Part shown: positions 42,101 through 49,765 of the stretch, piece after piece
How the letters are laid out: every line of letters starts with the position of its first letter
How positions within the stretch are numbered: position 1 is the first letter of the stretch
Virus record (IMG/VR): IMGVR_UViG_3300032038_000022
Location: 54,860-118,859 of that record
Length of the DNA: 64,000 nt
Reading direction: 5' to 3' (one strand)
DNA from: a virus
Taxonomy: Duplodnaviria > Caudoviricetes
Program-made: the position numbers and the translations under genes
The notes under the pieces: model-generated
The model's input: only the letters and a program-made list of their open reading frames with translations
Database searches by the model: none
What the model was told of the DNA's origin: nothing

Positions 42101-44676
42101 CTAACCAAGTACTGAGCTTGTGTCTCAAATTTATACCAAGGTAGCCCCTGCGAATCTGCCCATGCTTTGAGTCGTCCTAATTCGGTTCCTGGAGTAAATG
42201 GATTATTTTTGTTAGCACTACCTAAGAACCCAGCAATACCACCACCATATCCATGAACATCCCACGACAACTTGCCAGGATTTGCAACTAGAAGACCTTC
42301 ACCAATCAAATTTCCTATTACGCCACTAGCAGCGGCAGGAGATAGACCAGCCCGATTAACTAAAAGATCCATCATATATTTCTTTCTATAGGTCGCTTCT
42401 TCCTTAGACAAGCTACCTTTACTATGTATAGCACTTCCTATTATTCTACCTGCCTGATTAATACCACCTACAATAGTATTTACAGCATTATTAGCCATGC
42501 TCATAGTATTATTTTCAAGTGTATTCCATCTTTGACTGTAGGGATCTGTATTTTCTTCCATAGCAAATCCTTCTCTTTTTGCTTGAAATTCTCGTGTTTG
42601 GCGAAACTGCTCTTCTATATCAAAATCTTCATTACTTCCATCTCCTCTATATCGACTTCTAATAGCTTGTTCTCCACCACCATAGCTTATTAAGTGCTGT
42701 CTAATATTACGAACAAACTGTTCATTAGTAACATCTACTTTTTCTTGTCCTGTAAGTTTAGCACTTAGAACTCTTAGGGCAGTAGGATCAAGAGTATAAG
42801 CATTCCAAAAATACTTTTTTCCATTTACTTTTGCTGCAGGACGGGGATCCGTTGCATCAACTAGTTTAAGTTTATATTTATGAGAAAGCCCCTTATTAAT
42901 AGCAGAACCAACACCTGCTCCTGCAGCACCAACAATACCCAAGACATCACCAACAATACCTAAGTGGCTGAAGATTTCGTTCATAGTACTGATTCCATCG
43001 CCAAGACCTGCAGCTGTACCTGTAATCAAGTTACCCCCAGCACCGATGTATTCATTTAATTTTTCACCGGTCTTTTGTCCAGCATATGTTCTTAAGGATC
43101 CTTCCAAAAGACCCCAAGATTTTTCACGATCACGGTCTGTGCTATCCTTTTCTACCTGAATAAACTTCATTGGTCGAATTCGGATATGACCCTGACGTTC
43201 AAGACTGGCAGCATCAGAGCCAAACATTTTCTCTACAAACTCCTGATCGACAGTTACCTTTCCTCTTTTATCAGCAACATCTTGAAGTCTTTGTAAACCT
43301 GCTGACATTCTAGCAGTTTGTACTTTTCCGTTCTTAGTCTCATTAAGTGCTCCTATAATATCCATTGATTGTGATATCTCAGATGTGACTTTATCTGTAA
43401 GAGATGAACCATCAGAACTAATAGAGCCGTCCATCAGTCCATAATAACGTTGGCCATTCTTACCAGTATTGGCTAAGATTGCTTCACCCTGACTAGTATT
43501 ATCATCCATACCACTCTGAGTTGCAGCCATACCAATTCTAGTTATGAGACCGCTTTCTTTTTGCTGAGAGCTATTAGAGCTGTATATAGAAGCATTATTA
43601 ATATTTGCACGTAGGGCTGATTGAATACCTTTCTCTGGATCAACAATGGCAGTGAGAATATTTCCTAGGTAACCCGCAATACTGGAAATCATTGTAGTCA
43701 GATCACCACTAAAAGCTGGAAATTTGATAGCCTTTATTGCATCAGCTCTCAATTCCATTGCATGATCCAATTTCAACATTAAGTGATCAATAATTTCCTT
43801 ACCAATTTTTCTAAAAATAGCAAATAAATTATCTCTTCTAGGATCACCTCCAAAAAATCGTATTACATCTCCTCTAAATCCGCCTCCATTAGCCATGAGT
43901 CGACGACCCTCAGACGTTATTCCGAAATAATTCCCTGCGGCTGTGAGTTTATTCCCGATCCAAGCAAATACATTAAGAACTTTAGTCCAATGTTTTGCTA
44001 AGAATCGTACGGCAAATAACATTAAGAGAACCCTGAATTGATTACCAACACTTTGACCAATATTTTTAGGATTAAAACTAGCGGCCATCTCTTTGCTGGC
44101 AGACTCAATTCGTCTAAGCATCTTATTACTGCTTCTAACAAGAGCTGATTCTCTTTTATCAAATTCTTTTTCTCTTTTTGCAGATGCCTCTCTTTGTTGC
44201 AAGAATATTCCACTGAGCCATGTCTTAAACTTACTCGGATTATTATTACTACTATTGACCGATGGTTGTCTAAAAGAAATTTCTCTTCCAGCTAATGGTC
44301 CACCGGTGTTTGTTGTAGTATTATAATTATTAGTAATTGTTATATTTGGGGGAACAACTTTTACATCATGTCCCTCTTTTTTTATAACTCTAGGAGCAGT
44401 ATTCATTCCATACTTAGCAAGCGTTGCCTGCGTTCCAGGACCTGCAGCTTCAGTTACCATCTGTCCGGCTTGAGCAAGAACGGCATTTGTCTGAGCATCC
44501 GCATTATTTTGAGTCCTTTGTATAGCCAAGTTATTTCGTTGTTCATTCTGTATGGCTTGAAGTTGATTCTGTGCCATTTGCTGCTCAGATAACCCTTGGC
44601 CGGACTCTATCTTTCTGTTACTGAGCTCTTTTGTTCTTTTATCAATATTTCCACTATAGGAATCATTCTGTGCCAT
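39130..44676 (-). CDS. Tape measure protein with tail lysozyme and SGNH hydrolase domains
   Basis: 1848 aa after the chaperone. [18 protein letters not shown] (phage tail lysozyme), IGCCGDSW...GFHPQ (SGNH), and C-terminal [22 protein letters not shown] (TMP motif). Confidence 0.8.
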   Translation of the reverse strand: [1848 protein letters not shown]

Positions 44677-44688
44677 ATATGTTTATAT

Positions 44689-44931
44689 TTAAAAATCAAA
44701 AATATCAAATGGTTCGTTATCACCATTTTCACCTAAGACTTGTACTTTATTCTTTCCTTTGATTGTTGTACCCTTACTTCCAAAATCTATCATTGGGAAA
44801 TCTGGATCAACACCCTCAGTTTTCTCTAAGAATTCATCATAAGTTTTCTTAAGTGCAAATAGTGACTCTAATGTATAATCTTCAATTCTGTCTACTTTTA
44901 AAAATTTATTTAAATAGAATTTTAGATCCAT
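44689..44931 (-). CDS. Tail assembly chaperone, downstream (T-like) ORF; probably a frameshift extension
   Basis: Overlaps the end of 44906..45667 in the +1 frame and directly precedes the TMP; in-frame ATG at 44931. Confidence 0.55.
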   Translation of the reverse strand: MDLKFYLNKFLKVDRIEDYTLESLFALKKTYDEFLEKTEGVDPDFPMIDFGSKGTTIKGKNKVQVLGENGDNEPFDIFDF

Positions 44932-45667
44932 CAATTGGGCTATTGATATAGAGGTCTCGAAAGAAATCGACAATGAGACTATCAACGCTCACTGCCACAC
45001 TCCTCCTTTCTTCTGGTTTTAAGCCCTTATTGCACTCGGGACAATATAACTCAATTGGTTCAAGCCTATCATAATATAAGTCACGAAGAGCCATAAGAAG
45101 AGTTACATCACTGTATGTTGCCCCTAATACATCTTGCTCTACCTGATTACTTCTAGAATCAAAATCTTTAATAAGAGCAATCGTTTTAATCATCTTTAAA
45201 TCTTCAATTTTTCTATATCGTAGGTAAATATTAAAAACCTTCATAAACTCATTAACAGTAGGAATAATAGTATCATACGTATGACCACCTAATTCTATCC
45301 TAGCACCATTCATAATCTTTTCATCAATCTGCTTGAAATGAATATCTTTTTCAAAGCTAATAGATTTCTGAATCTCATGACCACAATGAGGGCATCTAAT
45401 ACTAATCTGATAAGAAAGATCCTGCGATATTGTACACAGTTTCTTAAAGAATATCAAAAAGTCTACATCCATTATGTAACAATTCTTAATATTCTCATCA
45501 TCCTTTTGAAGCATTCGTATATCATATAAATACTTTCCTAGGACATCATCTTTAGGCATATCCTCTAAGTATCTAGTAATTTCTAGAAAAGTTAAAGGAT
45601 TAATTCTGATACTACCAAATGAGTATCCATAACCTCCACTTGGGAGTTGCGATGTTAATATTTCCAT
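44906..45667 (-). CDS. Tail/baseplate hub assembly chaperone (T4 gp26/gp51-like, two CxxC)
   Basis: QLPSGG..Y, DVDFLIF, CPHCG, CPEC and ..DFF near the C-terminus; upstream of the TMP. Confidence 0.65.
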   Translation of the reverse strand: MEILTSQLPSGGYGYSFGSIRINPLTFLEITRYLEDMPKDDVLGKYLYDIRMLQKDDENIKNCYIMDVDFLIFFKKLCTISQDLSYQISIRCPHCGHEIQKSISFEKDIHFKQIDEKIMNGARIELGGHTYDTIIPTVNEFMKVFNIYLRYRKIEDLKMIKTIALIKDFDSRSNQVEQDVLGATYSDVTLLMALRDLYYDRLEPIELYCPECNKGLKPEERRSVAVSVDSLIVDFFRDLYINSPIDGSKILFK

Positions 45668-45702
45668 ATCTTATATTTTGCTATCGTTGCATCTACGACT
45701 TA

Positions 45703-45744
45703 AAAACAAAAATAGCTCTATGCTATCAACATAAAACTATTTTT
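45703..45744 (-). terminator. Intrinsic terminator after the GMPR/IMPDH gene
   Basis: Minus strand AAAAATAGTTTTATG-loop-CATAGAGCTATTTTT followed by GTTTTT; both mismatches are G-U pairs on this strand. Confidence 0.6.
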
Positions 45745-45805
45745 AATATACTACTTTAATCTTGTTCTTACTACTCTGAGAGTTTCTTCCAAACCTTCTT
45801 AGTCA

Positions 45806-46918
45806 TTATCTATTAACACTGTTATAAGTATTCTCACTAATAACTACTAAATCTTGTTTACCAATAAAATCTTCTAATGTATATGATCCAGTATACGACA
45901 TTGCACTCCTTAAGTAATCTTTGAAATTATTTGTCCAGGAGGACATTGTATATTCTACAGGAATCATCCTAGTAAGACCTTCTGATGTTTTTGTCTTTTT
46001 ACCACTTATAGCTATCTGGCCCTTTGCCGATGCCATACCATAAAACTCTTTTCTTAACTTAATTTCATCCCACATTCCAGTACTTGTATCTAAGTCATAA
46101 AACTTACCTGACTCATACTTATGATTAGAGGGATCAAATTTAAATTCTCGCCACTTGTCAGAATCAGGATAACAAAAATATGTCTTACCCGAGGACTCTA
46201 ACATCTTAGCAAATACAGAGCCAATCATAACATAATCAGCACCAAGAGCAAGAGCTTTAATAATGTCTGCATAACCTCTAATACCACCATCTGCAATAAT
46301 CTTACACTTACCATGTATTTCACTTTTTATTGCATATGTTTCTTCAATAAGAGATGCCATTGGATAGTGAACCGACGTGTTACTTGACGTAATACACCCT
46401 GCACCAGAACCAATTCCACATCTAACATAATCTACTCCAGAATCCTCACATACCCTATAAGTTTCTGGATTAGCAATATTACCAACCATTATTTGAATCT
46501 TATAGCCATGCTTATCTTTCGCCCTTTTAACTGCATTATATAAATCACTCATATGACCATTAGCAATATCAATTAGTGCACGAAAAATTCCAGGCTTGGT
46601 TTCCAATCCAAGATGGCCTCCACAAAAAGTATCCTTGAATTCTTGAAGACTAAATGCAGCCCATGAACCACTAGTTGAATGCTCTAAGCGAGATTGATAA
46701 TCAATGTTTCTAGGAAGAATAGGAATAATTCCCTGTTCCATAAATGATTCATAATTCTCCAAACTTACTACACTACTCATAGGAGCAGTAAAAAGAGGGA
46801 GAATAAACTCATGATCGACAAAAGGATCACACTCACTACGATGACTAACATCAGATACCTTTGACGGAACCAAAGAGATGTCATTGTAGCTATACTTAAT
46901 ATTATCTTTCTTTATCAT
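45806..46918 (-). CDS. IMPDH/GMP reductase family enzyme (GMPR-like, no CBS domains)
   Basis: YSYNDISLVP, PLFTAPM, DIANGH, GIGSGAGCIT (catalytic Cys), IIADGGI, FYGMAS, TSEG, LRSAMSY; start reset to ATG 46918. Confidence 0.9.
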   Translation of the reverse strand: MIKKDNIKYSYNDISLVPSKVSDVSHRSECDPFVDHEFILPLFTAPMSSVVSLENYESFMEQGIIPILPRNIDYQSRLEHSTSGSWAAFSLQEFKDTFCGGHLGLETKPGIFRALIDIANGHMSDLYNAVKRAKDKHGYKIQIMVGNIANPETYRVCEDSGVDYVRCGIGSGAGCITSSNTSVHYPMASLIEETYAIKSEIHGKCKIIADGGIRGYADIIKALALGADYVMIGSVFAKMLESSGKTYFCYPDSDKWREFKFDPSNHKYESGKFYDLDTSTGMWDEIKLRKEFYGMASAKGQIAISGKKTKTSEGLTRMIPVEYTMSSWTNNFKDYLRSAMSYTGSYTLEDFIGKQDLVVISENTYNSVNR

Positions 46919-46979
46919 ATCATAAGTAAGGATAGGAAGGGGAAATAATAGCAAATTATACAGTTTCAATGAGCTAAAA

Positions 46980-47265
46980 AGCGCCCAAGGGTCCACGATA
47001 GTGGCATTTCATTTAAAATCCCGGCCTGCCCGGATTCCATCCGCCACTCGCTTGCTACATTCGTCACTTCATTCCTCATTCCACTTAACGCTCCCACCCC
47101 GGCTCTATGTAAAGAAGCATTCCAAAGCTACTCATCGGTACTCGGGACAGATGCAGTCCCTCGTTTAACCCTCTTCGTTTAACGCTTTGGCAGCTACGCT
47201 ATTGAATAAGACTCCTGAGGAGTAAGCGGAACGACTGAAAGGAGTGAAGCGATAACGACGAAGAA
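46980..47265. other. GC-rich, highly self-complementary non-coding region (ncRNA or single-strand origin-like)
   Basis: Nested inverted repeats: 47000-47005/47043-47048, 47060-47093/47218-47262, 47122-47128/47184-47190, 47144-47148/47156-47160; palindrome 47211-47223. Confidence 0.55.
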
Positions 47266-47269
47266 AACT

Positions 47270-47415
47270 AAATGCACTTTTTTTTCTGTTTTTTTATGGG
47301 ATTACTATATTACATAAATAGTTAGTAAAAATAGTGCATTTTAAGTGGAACTTTTTTTCGGACTTTTTACGGGATTACTAATATACATGAATAGTCAGTA
47401 AAAATGTTCCACTTA
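47270..47415. repeat. Two tandem 72-74-bp units, each a 54-bp AT-rich core between inverted arms
   Basis: Cores 47279-47332 and 47352-47405 are 45/54 identical; arms are AAATGCACT/AGTGCATTT and TAAGTGGAAC/GTTCCACTTA. Confidence 0.85.
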
Positions 47416-47436
47416 GATTTTATTAGATTATCTATC

Positions 47437-47473
47437 CACCCTTACGGGTGACCCTAGGACATTTCTTAGGGTC
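47437..47473. other. Two adjacent hairpins at the helicase stop
   Basis: CACCC-TTAC-GGGTG and TGACCCTAGGA-CATT-TCTTAGGGTCA. Confidence 0.55.
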
Positions 47474-49526
47474 ATTTCTTCTTCACTATCTCAAAACCAT
47501 GAGTATTCTTTCCATTTTCTCTCCATTGAGTTGATTTTATTTCAAACCAATTTTCAAGATCAGTAGCCTTAGGTGGTTTTGTATATCCACATCTTTTATA
47601 GAGTTCTCCTAGGTCATTTTTAATTCTAGCACTACTATACTTCTCTCCAATTTGGAAATACCCTTGAACTAGTTCCTTAAGATCATTAATTGTAAACTTT
47701 CCCTCTTTAAGCATATTTTGTTTTACAGCAGTGACGTCATACCAGCATTCTTTTAATTTTTCAAGGCCAAGTTCAAGATAATATCGAGCAATAGCAGAAC
47801 CATTAAGTTGATTATCTATTAAAGTTTGTCTTTGCTTATCACTTAGTGGTGCTTCACAAAAGAACTTTAGTTTATCTCTTAAAGTTAGAAGATTATTATA
47901 TTTTTCTAAAAAGTCATTAATATCCTCAGTTTCACTTTTTAGATCAAACACTTCTCCGATTTGATTAAATACTGTAAATCTGTCTGCATAGTCGATTTGT
48001 TGTATATCGAATGCTCTTGAGTCTGCAATTTTAACAAGAGAATTAACTTTAGGAATATAATTAATAATATTTCCGTTTTGATCATATATTCTATCAACTG
48101 CTATATAATTATCCTTATAATTTAAAAGTTTAGAAATATGTTCATAATTTTTTGCTAATTCCTCTTTTGTATCCTCTGGTGCAAAATTATAAGCTCTTAA
48201 TAGTTTTTCAGAGGCATCCTCTCTTTCTTGAATCTTTTTACCAAGTTCTTTAGCATTTTCTTTAGTATCTTTATTAGGGAGAGTATAATAGAATTCAGCT
48301 TCATTTTTCCATGGGTTCTCTATTAATCTTTGTCGTCCTAGTATTTGTGGTAAGTCTAAGGAAATATCAATACTAAGACAACTTACATTAGCGTCGCTGA
48401 GAATATAAGATTTAGCACAGGTACTATAAAAATCAGCTCCTAAATATACCGTTCTAGTACACATTGTGAATTTCTTTTGTTTTTGTCCACTAGCAAGATC
48501 ACTTTTAGTTAATACTCTGCCAATAGTATAGGAGGATCCAAGTTTAGCTTTTATCTTATCTCTATTTTCTTTAGTATCCGCACAGAGAATATTTACGTCA
48601 TCTGGTTTTATTTTGTTATTTCTTATCAAACTTATTATATTTTTTACCGAGTTGACGTATATTACTGCTTCCTTTGATTGTATTTCAGTTACTATACCTG
48701 TCGTTTTATCTACAGAGAGTTTACTTGGGTAATTTCCTTCGAGATACTTTTTTATTATTGGTTTTATTGCCTCCCCTATACTTCTTACTTTTCGTATTAG
48801 TAGGCTTGGTTTCCCTGTTCTTCCGGGATCATCTTTTTCCCAATCTAACCAAAAAGCTGGTAGAGATGCAAACTCTGGCATCATTTGAAGGTATTTAGAC
48901 ATCATTGGAGTAGCACTAACGTATACTACCGTAGGAATTCCCTGTAGAGCTTTAACAAAAGAATTTTCTGTAGAGGACTTGAATACTGCATCTGTAAAAA
49001 TGCTCTGAAATTCATCTACAACTATATAGAACTGTTGCAAAATATTAGCTTTTATAAGAATATCCTTGATCAGGTAGAATGAATCATAAGTAACTAGAAT
49101 TTTAGCAGGTTTTCCATTTGCTTGACATGAATTCCAATACCAAGATATATCATTCTGTAATTTTATATATTCTTCAGCTCTTCTTTTATTAAACTCTTCT
49201 TCAGAGAATGTTTCTGGTTCTCTAATACTTTTAAATTTTCCTGGACTATCATTTGTATCCTTATCAACAGTTAGAGCTTCATCTAAGTTATTCTTTGCAT
49301 AATAAACTTCTCCTGGATGTTGATCTGTTTTATTTTGTAATAATATTCGTCTTGGAGAACATAAAATTATATTCATCTTGTTCTTAATACAAAATTCAGT
49401 ATATCCACAGCCAGGAATTTGTTTGTCTAGTATGTGTGGGAAAGGAAACATATAATTTTCTTCATATCCTTCCCAATCACTAATATATCTAATTCCTTTT
49501 GGTACAATTATAGGTGTTCCATTCAT
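47472..49526 (-). CDS. Superfamily 2 helicase-like protein, origin-binding-protein (UL9-like) type, with putative C-terminal DNA-binding domain
   Basis: PGCGYT (atypical Walker A), VVDEFQ, VSATP, IYVNSV, TVYLGADF and QILGRQR motifs. The UL9-like label is an inference. Confidence 0.7.
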   Translation of the reverse strand: MNGTPIIVPKGIRYISDWEGYEENYMFPFPHILDKQIPGCGYTEFCIKNKMNIILCSPRRILLQNKTDQHPGEVYYAKNNLDEALTVDKDTNDSPGKFKSIREPETFSEEEFNKRRAEEYIKLQNDISWYWNSCQANGKPAKILVTYDSFYLIKDILIKANILQQFYIVVDEFQSIFTDAVFKSSTENSFVKALQGIPTVVYVSATPMMSKYLQMMPEFASLPAFWLDWEKDDPGRTGKPSLLIRKVRSIGEAIKPIIKKYLEGNYPSKLSVDKTTGIVTEIQSKEAVIYVNSVKNIISLIRNNKIKPDDVNILCADTKENRDKIKAKLGSSYTIGRVLTKSDLASGQKQKKFTMCTRTVYLGADFYSTCAKSYILSDANVSCLSIDISLDLPQILGRQRLIENPWKNEAEFYYTLPNKDTKENAKELGKKIQEREDASEKLLRAYNFAPEDTKEELAKNYEHISKLLNYKDNYIAVDRIYDQNGNIINYIPKVNSLVKIADSRAFDIQQIDYADRFTVFNQIGEVFDLKSETEDINDFLEKYNNLLTLRDKLKFFCEAPLSDKQRQTLIDNQLNGSAIARYYLELGLEKLKECWYDVTAVKQNMLKEGKFTINDLKELVQGYFQIGEKYSSARIKNDLGELYKRCGYTKPPKATDLENWFEIKSTQWRENGKNTHGFEIVKKK

Positions 49527-49552
49527 ATTTTATATTATTATTTTGTTATTTG

Positions 49553-49605
49553 TTCCCATAGTTCTATTGAAAGATATTAAGCATATTTCACTTAAGCTAT
49601 GGGAA
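49553..49605 (-). promoter_or_regulatory. Stem-loop/operator in the helicase leader
   Basis: TTCCCATAG (49553-49561) and CTATGGGAA (49597-49605), with an inner TGAAA/TTTCA pair. Confidence 0.45.
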
Positions 49606-49765
49606 GTTTTCCGTATATAAGGCTTTCTTTTTATATTTATAGCTATTCCAGGTCATTCGTACTTGAGCTATAGCTATACCAGATGTAAGCACTCGTTTAC
49701 TTTTTATCTTTATTTTTGGTTTCTAAACTATTAAAGTCATCATAAGTTCTTCAGGCAAAAGTTTT

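Noticed and set aside
5857-44213. Short minus-strand ORFs nested in other frames (5857, 7453, 12613, 13707, 15501, 21049, 36838, 40557, 44022)
   Set aside because: They lie inside larger genes and have no supporting signals.
46919-46996. Upstream extensions of ORF-track starts (46996, 5669, 52920, 53296, 53669)
   Set aside because: They overlap terminators or neighbouring genes; downstream ATGs give better starts.
47270-47415. CRISPR or TIGR-type array interpretation of the tandem units
   Set aside because: Only two units, the variable parts are self-complementary arms rather than spacers, and no cas or Nop-domain gene was recognised.
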